Counted from the first letter of the stretch, positions 27,001-39,900 are shown. The stretch is 64,000 bases of DNA from Octopus sinensis (GCF_006345805.1 NC_043019.1:10353360-10417359); one strand, 5' to 3'. The notes: a model not told the origin generated them from the sequence alone. A program made the numbers and translations.

Positions 27001-27912
27001 TACTCAATCCAAAACTATTTTTTTTTAAGGACAAAAAGTATGAGAGCCATAATACCACCACTACCACCACCATTGTCATCATCATCAACGGTAGTTCGCT
27101 CTGCTAGAAATAGCAGTCGAATGTTACACTACTGTTTAGGAAAAGGAATGGGAAACGAAGGACAGGCGGTGAAATGTCGCCTGGTTTAAAAAAAAAAGAA
27201 AAATGTAACAAGAAAAAAAACGTTGCGGTTGAAAAGTTATCAAGAGAGAGAGAGAGTGTGTGTGTGTATATATATATATAATTAAGGGTTAATTATATTT
27301 ATAATTATAAAAAAACAACTTTTTATATAAGTTTTTACAGATAATGGGTTTTTTTCCATACTGAAGCTACTTGGTAAAATTTGTTAATTATTAAATTAAT
27401 AATTTTTTACCCTATATATAGGGAGAGAGAGAGAGAGAGAGAGTGAGAAATGGGGGGGGGGGGTCAAAATGGCTGCCTTGGGTTAAACAATGTCATCACC
27501 AATAGCATTTACACTATCATCATCATCATCAACTTGAATTCCAGTGAAGGCAACCCTACGCGGTCGCTCGACTTGCTAGAAAAAGCAGCTGTATTTATTT
27601 CCTTCATAACACGCAACACATTCCGTTAAAAACAAAAATAAACAAAAAAAACGGAAGTCCGAGATACTGTTTGTATAAACAGGGGGAAAAAAATAATACG
27701 AGATGGTCATGGCTAGAATACCTATTGGGACACTTGATCAGAGCTGACCTGGGGCTAAACAACACCGCCTGTACCTCTACCACCGCCATCATCATCATCA
27801 TCATCATCATCGTCAGCACCACCACTACCATCATCATCATCATCCTCATCATCACCACTACTAAACTCAACACCACCACGATCTCCTCCCACTCCTCTAG
27901 AGTTAGCTCCCC

Positions 27913-27970
27913 CTATTTCGGGAAGGTAGGTTCTAAAACTGGAACAGTGCTTCCCGTTAGATTCCAGCAA
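27913..27970 (-). CDS. Unknown gene, putative terminal coding exon (N)CWNLTGSTVPVLEPTFPK*
   Basis: Acceptor gtttcgttccag|T. Phase-2 start joins exon 29373-29431, with TAG at 27915-27913. Unique sequence between simple repeats. Confidence 0.55.
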
Positions 27971-28466
27971 CTGGAACGAAACACGCACACACACGTAAAA
28001 TATACAAAAAACAACAACAAAAACACACACGCAAACAAAACAAACAGAAAAAAAGGAAAACAGACAAAACGTTTTTTTGCATAAATTGGTAAATATTTGG
28101 GCAGCACCAGATGAAAAAGAAAGGCTCGGGTTTATCTTCCACATAGATATGGACCAATGGTTCGATCCCAGAACAAGGTAGAAGATATCAGATTCTGTTT
28201 TATTTTTTTATTAATGTATGAAGATTATTATTATTGTTGTTGTTGTTATTGGTGATGAACGTGGAAGGGAATGGAGGGACAGGGGTTTCAGAAGGAATTT
28301 GCAGTTATTTATTTGTTTTTTTACCATTCCACTGATGGTATATTTATCATATTGGAATGGACATAAATTGCACGTAACGCAATGGTAGAAACCACGCATA
28401 TGCTCCTTCATTAAGAAAATATAATTAATGTCTGTTATTTCTTTACTATATAACAGGGAAAAGCTG

Positions 28467-28831
28467 CTTAATATGATCACTTTGGGACGAAAGCCTTTGC
28501 GATGATAATAATAACTGTTCGTTAGTGTTAACCGAACAACGTTAGCTCTGATTCATATACAATGGAAGTTGCTTAATATTATCACTTGGGGACGAAGCCT
28601 TGGCGATAATAATAACCATTTGATAATGTCGTCCGGATTATGTGATCCGTCACTCTATACAGGGGAAGTTGTTTAATATGATCACTTTGGAACGAAGCCG
28701 TTGCGATAATAATAGCCGTTTGATAACGTTATCCATGATTATATTCAGTGCAAGCCGCTTAATACGATCACTTTGGAACGAAGCCTTTCCGATGATAATC
28801 GTTTGCTAACGTTGTTCCTGATCATAATAAG
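28467..28831. repeat. Four ~86-104-bp tandem units with a conserved ~60-bp head and divergent remainder
   Basis: gcttaatatgatcactttggRacgaagcc.ttgcgataataat at 28467, 28571, 28671 and 28757. Confidence 0.9.
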
Positions 28832-29372
28832 CGACTTCAAGTGTGTGTGTAATGCACACACACACACATCCCAAAGCTGCCTTGTTAACTGCAGTCTACC
28901 ATACTTGAGACGTGGTGCGTCGAAATAAAAATGTATTTTGTGATTAGATAATCCGGATTAATTTCCTCGTACCCAAAGGTCTCGTTCGATGGATGTTAGT
29001 TAAACATACGCATCGGTGAATCAGCGTGTATAAACACATATATATATACACAGACAAATAGTCGCCAGCCTTTTTCCCGCAAAAATACACTCATCCTAAC
29101 CGACATGGCGCGGAAGGTATTTTAACCCCAGGTCGTGCCTGATCATGGATACCTACATCATTTCAAATACAAACATCACGCCTTTTATTTTATTCATTTA
29201 TTTCAAAATATTATAACCAGGTCTGCATCATTTCCCAATATGACCCCTTTCTTTCTTTCTTTCTTTTAATTTTTTTTATTTAAAACGATGAGGAATATTT
29301 GAGGGAGAGATTCGACTGTTATTTCTAGCCAGGCCGAGCGACCATGATGAATACCTTCCCTTCGCTGCTTAC

Positions 29373-29431
29373 TTCCGCCTTATTGGTTCGTTTCTATGTA
29401 TGTCAGACAGACAGATGGCCTTGCCGATGTC
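29373..29431 (-). CDS. Unknown gene, putative internal exon DIGKAICLSDIHRNEPIRR(N), 59 bp, phase 0->2
   Basis: Acceptor ttattcttgtttcaag|G, strong donor GAA|gtaagc. Only one frame is open, and it fits both neighbours. Confidence 0.6.
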
Positions 29432-29855
29432 CTTGAAACAAGAATAAACGCCACACAATCTCCTACACACACACACACACAAGGGGTACATACGCGCGGG
29501 AAAGGCAGGCCTTTACACGATCGCTAAGTATGCAAGAAATAGCAGCTACACCGCCTTCAAAACCATGTCGTTTACAGTCTTTGAAAACAAGGATATGTTC
29601 GAACATGTGTTAATTATACGGTGCACTGTACTTAGAGTACAAGCAGTATTGGTCACGGTTGGGGCGCGTTTGATCATATGGCTCAATAGGGGTTGCCGTG
29701 TAGATAAGAAACAACCCCAACACAGCATTTGAAGTTTGTTTTGTTTGTATAACTATGACAAATAATTATTCTTTCTGCTGGAAGTACAAGGCCTGAAATT
29801 TGGGGGAAACGGATTAAGTCGATTACATCGACCCCAGTGCGTAACTGGTACTTAT

Positions 29856-30003
29856 TTAACGCATTTTAACCCTGTCGAAATTTTGAAGATAGTCATATAA
29901 ATAGGGATAACAAACATGCGGAAGTGTCCAGTTAACCTTTATTGGAGTAAACAAACCCAATACAACTGTCCTTAAATGAGGGCAGCGGGTTAAAATGGGT
30001 TAA
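29856..30003. mobile_element. TTAA-flanked MITE inserted inside a family B SINE
   Basis: ttaacgcattttaaccc ... gggttaaaatgggttaa interrupts the SINE core, which resumes at 30004. Confidence 0.65.
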
Positions 30004-30608
30004 TGGACCCCGAAAGGATGAAAGGCAAAGTCGACCTCGGCGGAATTTGAATTCAGAACGTAGCGGCTGACGGAATACCGCTAACGATTCTGCCAGCCTT
30101 AATAACAATGATAAATAATTTTAACAGTCGTCTCTGATGTTTTGTTTTTGGTGTCGCCATGGCAAAATAAAGCGAATTATAAATTGTTAATTAATATTAT
30201 GCATTTTGTTAAGGCAGTCAGCGGGAACAATCGTTAGCTTAACCGGACGAAATGCTGAGCGGCATTTCATCCGTCTTTACGTTCTGAGTTCAAATTCCAC
30301 TGAGACCGACTTTGCATTTCGTCTTTTGGAGTCGATGTAATCAGTTTACCCCCACCCCACTCCAGCAAAAAAAAAAAATTGCTGGCATTGTGCCGGAATT
30401 TAAAGCCATTTTCTTTTGTTCTTATACATGTTCCTGTCATTTGATTGCGGCCATGCTGGGGCACCGCCTTTACTCGAACATGTCGACCCCAGGACTTATT
30501 CTTTGTAAGCCCAGTACTTATCCGATCGGTTTTCTTTTGCTGAACCGCTAAGTTTTGGGGACATAAACATCAGTTGTCAAGCGATGGTGAAAACCCACAG
30601 ACACAATG

Positions 30609-30656
<48 letters not shown>

Positions 30657-31312
30657 TCGACGGGCTTCTTTCAGTTTCCATCTACCAGATTCACTCACAA
30701 GGCTTAGGTCAGCCCGAGGCTATAGTAGAAGGCACTTGCTCAAGGGACTGAACCTGGAATCGTGTCGATGGGAAGCAAGATGATTAGTTATGTCAGACAA
30801 GATGATTAGTTATGCTCTGAGTTCAAATTCTGCCAAGATCGACTTTGCCTTTGATCCGTTTTGAGGTCGAGAATATAAGTACCAGTTGCGTACTGGGGTC
30901 GATGTAATTAACATATGCATTTTAGCTGCACAGCACCAGCAGCCAGCCTCTTGTTATTGTTGTTTATGCTGTTGGTTAAACCATGAGACCCCAACACAAA
31001 AAATAATCTTGTCTGATGCTGTCCATATTAATGTCATCCGTCATCAACTTCATCTCTCTCTATATAAGGCTGAAGTTGTCTGTGTATGGCAGGTTTGGTA
31101 GCCTTCAACTAACACTATCTACTCCGAGACCTTGCAGAGTAAGTTGACCAAAATTGACAGTATGATAGAAGAAGGCTTGGAATCACAGACCTTGATTCCA
31201 CAGATGAACAGGAGACCCCTTAGTACCACATCTGCAGTTATGCAAAGCACAACTACCAGTCTAAACAGCAGCAGCTCAAAGGCTGTTCTTTGAATCAACA
31301 TTATTGGTAAGA

Positions 31313-31880
31313 AAGGCGGCGAACTGGCAGAATCGTTAGCACGCCGGGCGAAATGCGTAGCCGTATTTCGTCTGCCGTTACATTCTGAGTTCAAATTCCG
31401 CCGAGGTCGACTTTGCCTTTCATCCCTTCGGGGTTGATAAATTAAGTACCAGTTACGCACTGGGGTCAATATAATCGACTTAATCTGTGTGTCTGTCCTT
31501 GTTTGTCCCTTCTATGTTTAGCCCCTTGTGGGTAGTAAAGGAATAGGTATTTTATCTGTCTACATTCTGAGTTCATATTCCGCCGAGGTCGACTTTCATC
31601 CTTTCAGGGTCGATAAATTAAGTACCAGCTGCATACTACGGTTGATCTAATCAATTAGCCCCCCACCCCCAAATTTCGAGCCTTGTGCCTAGCATAGAAA
31701 AGAATGCTTAGTGATATTTTGTCTGTCTTTATGTTCTGAGTTGAAATTCCGCAGAGGTCGACTTTGCCTTTCATCCTTTCAGGATCGATAAATTAAGTAC
31801 CCATATCATACTAGGGTTGATCTAATAGACTGGTCCCCTCCTCTCCAAAAATTCCAGGCTTTATACCTAGAGTAGAAAAG
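31313..31880 (+). mobile_element. SINE family B (ggcggcgagctggcagaatcgttagc head, core gtcgactttgcctttcatcctttcggggtcgataaa) with tandemly re-iterated core
   Basis: Core repeated three times here. Similar multimers or monomers at 8970-9375(-), 15205-15620(-), 16188-16400(-), 33278-33490, 34642-34860, 39033-39240(-), 53815-54048(-). Confidence 0.85.
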
Positions 31881-32289
31881 AACAAAACTGGTAAGAGACA
31901 GCAACAACAATTTCGGCTGGAGAATCAGACTCTGGAGATTCTTAATTCTTTTATGTACCAAGCAGTGATATTGCTAATGAGGATAACAGGGAAAGCAGAG
32001 CCAAGCTCCAGCTGTCTTCTGGTGCTTGGAATCTGTATGGTACCATTCTTCTTCTATCAACCAAGACTACAAATTCCACCAGAATATAGTGAATATAACC
32101 ATCATCCTGTCCAGCAGTGACTTATGCCTGAGAAAGATAAAAAAAGATCAACAGAATGAAAAGAACTGCAAATAACTTCCACAGGCGATGTCTCAGAGCC
32201 ATTCTAAGAACTTCTAGGCTCAACTATATCATGTATGAAGAAATTATGGAAAGGGTTGGATTGAGTACTTGATGGAACACTGTTACCAT

Positions 32290-32660
32290 GAAATGGGGTA
32301 CGTACTTGTACTCGCAGTAGAATTCATCCAGGTTGATTTGAACCGATTCTGACCAACAAGGTCACCACATCTCTCACGAATGACCACAGCCAACAGTTGG
32401 CCAAAATCAGGACTGTAATGAATACCTACTCCTCGTTGCACCGCCAAAGACCATAGACACGGGGGTCCAATTGTGCCTCCATGTCTTCCTTTACTTTCAC
32501 CAGCCACATCTTCAGTTGTCCTCCAGCTCACTTGCACCAGCCTGGGAGGGGGGGCTGGGCGGAATGCTTCACGAACGAATTCCCATGGGAGGCTGACGGA
32601 GAGTATGGCCAAACCACCTTTGATGTCTTGTGAGTAGAGCTCCTGGCAGCAACATTGACG
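32290..32660 (-). mobile_element. LINE (RTE-like) ORF2 C-terminal remnant of a different family
   Basis: Frameshifted RWFGHTLRQPP...GGQLKMWLVKVKEDMEAQLDPRVYGLWR. Confidence 0.65.
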
Positions 32661-32869
32661 TATTTTGGGGGTTCAATATGAAATCCAATGGAGGAACAAG
32701 CAGCATTTTGCCCATGTTTACATTCTGAGTTCATATTGCGCTAAAGTAAACCTTGATTTTCATCCTTTTGAGATCTACAAAATATGTAGGAGTCACTTAC
32801 TGGGGTCATGTTATCAACTATCCTGCTTCTTCAAAACTTCTGGCCATGTATCTATTACAGGAAGGCTTA

Positions 32870-33230
32870 TTACCTCCACCTTAGAGAATGCGGAGATATT
32901 GTTTTCAGTCGCATTTGTTTGTCTGTGGACAAGATATCTCAAGAACAGCTGGGTGGGTTTTGATGAAACTTTCAGGGATGTTTGGCCTCATGACTGGCAT
33001 GATCTGATCAGATTTTGGGATCAATCCGGTACCAGACAAGGAGTCTGGATAATTTTTTCATTTTTTTTACTTGATTTTTGAGAGCGGTTGGGTTCCTTTT
33101 TAGTATTCTCATTTGTGAGAGCAGTTGAGTTTATTTCAGATATTCTCATTTTAAAAATCATCTCTGACTAATCGTTGAGAGGACATTGGTGTTGCTTTGG
33201 CAGAAGTTTGTGCTCTCCAAGTGCTCTTGT
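32870..33230 (+). mobile_element. Helentron/HINE-like non-autonomous element
   Basis: Starts ttacctccacc...gcggagat, has a (gttt/gtct) microsatellite, and ends ggcagaagtt + gtgctctccaagtgctc before a T-rich tract. The architecture is HINE/DINE-1-like. Confidence 0.5.
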
Positions 33231-33241
33231 TATTATTATTA

Positions 33242-33280
<39 letters not shown>

Positions 33281-34264
33281 CGGCAAATGGCAGAATTGTT
33301 AGCATGCTTCATGAAATGCTTAGCAGTATTTCACCCATTGCTATGCTCTGACTTCAAATTCCACCGCGGTCAACTTTGCTTTTCATTCTTTTGGGGTCAA
33401 TAAACTAAGTACCAGTGAAACACTGGGGTCAATATAATCAACTAGTCCCCTTCCCCAAAATTTCAGGCCTTGTGCCTTTAGTAGAAACGATTATTGTTGT
33501 TGTTGTTGTTGTCATATATAGCATTCTGTCATCACATGTGTTTATAAACCTCTGATTTTCAGTTTTTTCTCTATCTTGCCCTTCTGGCTAACAAGAAAAA
33601 AAAAACATCACCGTCATCACCACCACCATCATCATCATCAACCACTACTTCAACAGCATCATCATCATCATTATTGCCATCATACCACAGAACCATCACC
33701 ATCACTTTCATCACCACCACCACCAACATCACCTTCACCACATCATCATTAATGCCATCACACCACAGAACCATCATCATCATCACCACCTTTGTGATTG
33801 TTGGGACATTTAGATTCTTGCTAGACAAGATAAATTTAGACAGATCAAAGATTAATTAAGATAGCCTTACTAATTACTCTGTGTGTGCATGGTGAAGGGG
33901 GAGGTGCTATGGTTTTAATTAAAACTTATTGACTGACACACTTGCTGTCAATACCGACACACAAACACACCATTTTTACTTTTTTTTACTTCAGTGTCTT
34001 TTTTATTTTACTTGTTTCAGTCATTAGACTGTGGCCATGCTGGGGCACCGCCTTGAAGAATTTTGGTCAGATCAATCAATCCGAGTATTCTTTTTTTGTA
34101 AAGCCTGATACTTATTTTATCAGGTGCTTTTGCCAAACTGCTACGTCACATGGATGTAAACAGACCAACACCAGTTATCAAGCAGTAGTAGGGGGACAAA
34201 CACAGACACAATAACACATGTATGTATGTATATATATATAAATATATACCTATAAATTTGTGTT

Positions 34265-34299
<35 letters not shown>

Positions 34300-35094
34300 G
34301 AATAAAAACAAGGTAAAAATACACTCATCTATTTATATATATATATATACATAGGTGCAGTGGTGGCTGTGTGGTAAGAAGCTTGCTTCACAACCACGTG
34401 GTTCCGGGTTCAATCCCACTGCATGGCACCTAGGGCTAGTGTCTTCTAAGATAGCCTCAAGCAAACCAAAGCCTTCTGAGGCTTTGGTAGACATAAACTG
34501 AAAGAAGCCTGTCTCACACACACATATAAATATATATATCTAGGGGAGAATTCACGAAAAAAACAAAAGATGAAGAGATAAAAGGCACCATCACCAGTGT
34601 TCAAACTACTTACCACACAGCCAGTCCTACATATATGAAAAGGCTGCGAGCTGGCAGAATTGTTAGCATGCTGGACAAAATCCTCAACAGTATTTTGCCT
34701 GTCACTCTATTCTGAGTTCAAATTCCGCCAAGGTCGACTTTGCCTTTCATCCTTTCGGGGGTGGATAAAACAAGTACCAGTTGCATACTGAGGATGATGC
34801 AACTGACTCATCCCCTCCCCTAAAATTGCTACCCTTGTGGCAAAAAAACATTGAAACCATAATATATATATATATATATGTAAACCATCATCATCACTTA
34901 ATATCAGTCCTCCATACTGGCAAGTCAGCAGATTATGCCAAACTCTGTTGTCTGCTTTGGCAAGGTTTCTACAACTGGATGCCCTTCCTAACACCAACCA
35001 TTTTACAGACTGTACCAGGTGCTTTTTATAAGGTAATACATAGATAGACAGACAGAGAGACTAACACATAAATGTTTGTATGTGTATGTATATA

Positions 35095-35138
<44 letters not shown>

Positions 35139-35838
35139 ATATCTGTAAATGTAATATGTGATAATTATTCGGTAGCCATGATAAAACTCCGAGTTTCGGA
35201 TGCATAAGTGGAAATCCAGGCTGCATGGCTACCGAATAATTGTCACATATTACGTTTACAGATAAATTCCTCTATTTACATAATATCGAGGTCTCTTTCA
35301 TTCTTTTGTTATCTTACCATTTTTAGATATATATATATCATCATCATCGTTTAACGTCCGTTTTCCGCGCTAGCACGGGTTGGACGGTTCGACCGGGGTC
35401 TGGGAAGCCAGGGGCTGTACCAGGCTCCAGTCTGATCTGGCAGTGTTTCTACAGCTGGATGCCCTTCCTAACGCCAACCACTCCGCGAGTATAGTGGGTG
35501 CTTTTTACGTGCCTATATATAAAGGAATACAAAAAATGGGACAAGAACGCAAAACATCCAGACAGCTGGATGATACAAAAAAAGGACAACAAAGCATCCA
35601 GACAGATGATACAAAAGAGGGATAAGAAAAAACATGGATGGTTCATTCAAAGTTTTCTTTCCTCAGTTGAGTTCCAGATTATCTTTGCAATTTTGGCTGC
35701 TTATACTTGAGATTGCTCCACTCTGGCCAGCCCCAAGGAAAAACCAAGCTAAGAGCACTAGATTCCTTGGAAGAAAGCAGCGAATGTATACGAAAACAAG
35801 GATGGAAGAAAAAACAGAGAAATGGTACACAAATATCT

Positions 35839-35988
35839 AACACACACACTGGTTTGATTTCCACTCATTATTTATGTTTTTCCTTCCAAAGTTTTCACCA
35901 TCCATTGACAAAGTAGCAAAAGTAATGACAATTTTGGAAGAAAAAATATAAATAGTAAATGAGTAAAAATCGAACCAGTGGGTGTGTT
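35839..35988. mobile_element. Short degenerate MITE/hairpin
   Basis: cactggtttgattt..actcatt..ttccaaa mirrors tttggaa..aatgagt..aaatcgaaccagtg. Confidence 0.7.
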
Positions 35989-36067
35989 CGGTAATAATGA
36001 ATTAAAACAATATGACTCTCCCCAGACACAATATATATCTGTGTTATGGTTTTATTCTTCACCTAAC

Positions 36068-36203
36068 TTGGAATGTTCCATATGTTTGGATCTGGAGCCT
36101 GTAGTGGTTGTAGAATTGTGGAAACATGCAGTGAGTGTACTCAGGTATAACTTTGATGACACAGTGTGTATTCAGCCAGTACTTGTGGAGGTGTGCATAA
36201 TAA
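36068..36203 (-). CDS. Unknown gene, putative internal exon YYAHLHKYWLNTHCVIKVIPEYTHCMFPQFYNHYRLQIQTYGTFQ, 136 bp, phase 2->0
   Basis: Acceptor tttgtccttccag|T, donor CAA|gttagg. Only one of three frames is open over 45 codons, in phase with neighbours. Confidence 0.6.
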
Positions 36204-37864
36204 CTGGAAGGACAAATCGATATTTACTTTAACAAGTACATACATGTCAGTACACATCGTTGGTACACAGGTGCTCTATCCTCAACTCTACCTTGGTGCT
36301 TTAACAGATCCTGAAAAATCTCACCTGACTGGCCCTCATGACAGTGGCGAGTAAAAGCACCCACTACACTCTTGGAGTGGTTGGCGTTAGGAAGGGCATC
36401 CAGCCGTAGAAACTTTGCCAGATCAGATTGGAGCCTGGTGCAGCCTTCAGGCTCGCCAGCCCTCAGTCAAACTGTCCAACCCATACCAAAATGGTTGAGA
36501 ACCTGAAGAAATTTTGCTTTAGATGTATGTGTTGGTATGTATTGCAAGAAACAGCTGGGTTTCTTTCTCTAACATTTTACAGAGTTCAACCTATGCAAAT
36601 TAATGTGTGAAAACATTAATAAATACAATTCTATAAAACTAGTTTTTAAACACCAGAATAAAATAACAATCAAAGGGTCCATAGATAAAAAAAAATGATT
36701 GATAACCCCTGGTTTAACATCCACTTTTCTATGCTTGCATGGCTTGGATAGAATTAGTTGAGATGGATTTTCTACAGGTAGATGCCTTCCCTGTCACCAG
36801 CCCTCACTTCTTTCCAAGCAAGGTAACATTTCCCCTGAAGGCCAGACATGTTTTCACGGAAGACTGGAAATATAGAACACCACTTGTTCAACGGTGACAC
36901 TCGTTTACAACTATCAAACATCAAGGCAAGGAGACCTCCACCCACCCTTTAGGGTGGAGATAAAAGCAAATACTCAACAGGATTTTGTCCTATGGCTGAT
37001 TGTTCTGACCAAGCAGCATGTTTCGGTACCACCCATGCACATATATCTTTTACCTTTTACTTGTTTCTCTCATTAGACTGTGGCCATGCTGGAACACAGT
37101 CTTAAAGAATTTTGGTCAAACGAACCAACCCCAAAACTTATATTTCTCTTTTAAGCCAGGTACTTGTTCCAACAGTCTCCCAGGTCGAACTGCTAAGTTA
37201 TGGGCACGTTAACACATCAAAGGTGGTTGTCAAGTGGCAATGGGAGACAAAACAGACACAAAAACACATACACAGACATATATATCCAGCATGGGAAACA
37301 GACGTTAGAGATGATACATATATAGATACACACGGATAGATAGATAGATAGGTAGGTAGGTAGATAGATAGGTAGGTAGGTAGATAGGTAGGTAGGTAGA
37401 CAGATGGATAGATAGATAGGTAGATAGATAGGTAGGTAGATAGGTAGATAGATAGAGAGATAGATAGATATAGACAGAGAAAGAGATAGATAGATGTAGA
37501 CAGAGAAGTAGATAGATAGACGATGGGCTTTCGGTGTTCTACCAAACCCACCCACAAGGCATCTACTTGGTCAGAAGCTACACAGTAGAAGATACTAGTC
37601 ACAAAGTGTCACACAGTGAGACCGAACCCACAACCAAGGGAGTGGGAAGCAAACGTGTTGCGACACACCCAAGGACACTTGTCATCAAACGGGGTTACTG
37701 TCATCAGAATTAGTGGGGTTCAAACTGTTTTATTTGTTATGGATTATCAGCTGGTTGCAGTTATTATCGAAAGGGCTTCAGCGGCTTCGTCTGCCAACGT
37801 GATAATAACACAAGCGACCTCCACCACGTTACATACATACATATATATATACACACACACATAG

Positions 37865-38103
37865 GGTACTACTTGAGAACAGCGGTCCCGGTGCGCGCAC
37901 TCGCGCTAGCTAGTCATGACTAGTCGATCCTTACTTTGTGTTTTTGTGCGTTATTTACTTTGTTTAACAAAAATTAATTTATTTTGTGTTTTATTTACTT
38001 TGCTAAGGGTAGTCGTTGTAGGATCGACTAGTCACGACTGGGCTAGCGCGGATGCGCGACTACGCGAGTGCGCGCACCGGAACCACTGTTCTCAGGTAGT
38101 ACC
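37865..38103. mobile_element. CpG-rich MITE / foldback with ~70-bp imperfect TIRs
   Basis: ggtactacttgagaacagcggtcccggtgcgcgcactcgc...gactagtcgatcct mirrors aggatcgactagtc...gcgagtgcgcgcaccggaaccactgttctcaggtagtacc. Confidence 0.85.
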
Positions 38104-38125
38104 TCTCTATATATATGTATGTATG

Positions 38126-38156
<31 letters not shown>

Positions 38157-38819
38157 CTTGGGGGGGTGGGGGAAAAGGATATTTTATTGTTCCGTCACCA
38201 CAACCACCAGTAACCCCGAGCATCACAGCCAACCATTTCCACCACCCCCTTTTACACACAACCATCCTCTTACGATCAAACACAAACCAACATCAGAGAA
38301 CCACACAACACACCACGACACACACACACAGTCACATATACATATATGTACAGATATATATTATATACACATATATATATATATATTATATACACGCTGA
38401 ATATATATGTATCTACTCACTTGCTGCGTGTTATGGTCGCCATTTCCATTTCTGTCTCTCTCTCACTCGCTCTCAGAACGAGGCTGGTCTCTGCAACGTG
38501 CTCTCCCCCCCCTTTTACTTTTACTTTTTTATTTACTTTTTCCTCTTTATCTCTCTCTCTCTCTGTAGCTACTCCAGCTTCTCCTCTTGTTCTTCCTCCC
38601 TCTCTTGCGATTCCTCTACGTTCGTGTCAGTGCGCGTGCGTGCGTAAGTGTGTATATGTGTGTGTGTGTGTGTGGTTACGTATAGGCGCTACATGTACGC
38701 TCATACGCTGAGACTCACAAACACATATATACACATATACATACACACACACACGCACTACGGACTCTACACATACACTCATAAACTGAGACACACACGC
38801 ACACACTCATACATATATA

Positions 38820-39031
38820 GGATCTTTTCTTTTTGAAAGCCAAATTTTTCTAGTTAATTAAATAATTTGAAACTTCGTATACTGGTAGATTGTGTCAAAA
38901 GAAAACAATAATTTCAACTAGCTTTTTTGACAAAAATGTATTTTATAAGTTTAAACGTAGTTTAAATCTGCGAATTTTAACCAATACGAAGTTTCAACTA
39001 GGAAAATCTGGCTTTCAAAAAGAAAAGATCC
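38820..39031. mobile_element. TA-flanked MITE
   Basis: ta|ggatcttttctttttgaaagcca ... tggctttcaaaaagaaaagatcc|ta. Confidence 0.85.
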
Positions 39032-39869
39032 TATTTCTTTACTAACCACAAGGGGACAGACAAAGGGATGAAGTCGATTATATCGACCCCAGTGCGTAAC
39101 TGGCACTTAATTTATCGACCCCGAGAGGATGAAAGGCAGAGTCGACCTCGGCGAAATTTGAACCCAGAACGTAACGGCAGCTGGAACACGGCTACGCATT
39201 TCATCCGGCGTGCTAACGATTCTGCCAGCTGGCCGCCGCTTTCTCAGATCCTTATACACACACAACACACATTTACACACCGAAGACATATATTTATACA
39301 CACACCACACTCACACATCACACACATACTCACACACCCACACCGACCACATAAGGAGCCTCCCTACAGAGACAGACTCTTGCAAAGTGATGGTGCAAGA
39401 CTCAGTGCGATGCACCGACAAGCTAGAAACAGCAGTCAAATCCCACCCCCTCACGTAACACACTCCTGTGTGATGAAAAATTAGGGTTTCATTTGATAAT
39501 GTAGTTCTAGATATACTGTGCCTGAATTTAAAATAGATAGGAGTGTCATGGCTGGAACGTCTTTGATCTGTGAGCTGATGCAATAAAATTCTTCTAAGTG
39601 GTCACTTCGCAGGCTAGAAACACAACCAACTCATACAATAGTCTTAAGAAAGTTAAGGATACTCTGAATTAAGTATTCTTAGATATAGGCGCAGGAGTGT
39701 GTGTGTGAGGTAAGTAGCTTGCTTACCAACCACATGGTTCCAGGTTCATTCCCTCTGCGTGGCACCTTGGGCAAGTGTCTTCTACTATAGCCTCGGGCCG
39801 ACCAAAGCCTTGTGAATGGATTTGGTAGGCAGCAACTGAAAGAAGCCCATCGTATATATGTATACATAA

Positions 39870-39900
<31 letters not shown>

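Noticed and set aside
28078-28110. gcataaattggtaaatatttgggcagc resembles part of U11 snRNA
   Set aside because: No Sm site, no U11 5' end or stems; a short chance similarity.
28467-28831. CRISPR-like repeat-spacer appearance
   Set aside because: Eukaryotic context, repeats too long and divergent, spacers partly homologous, no cas genes.
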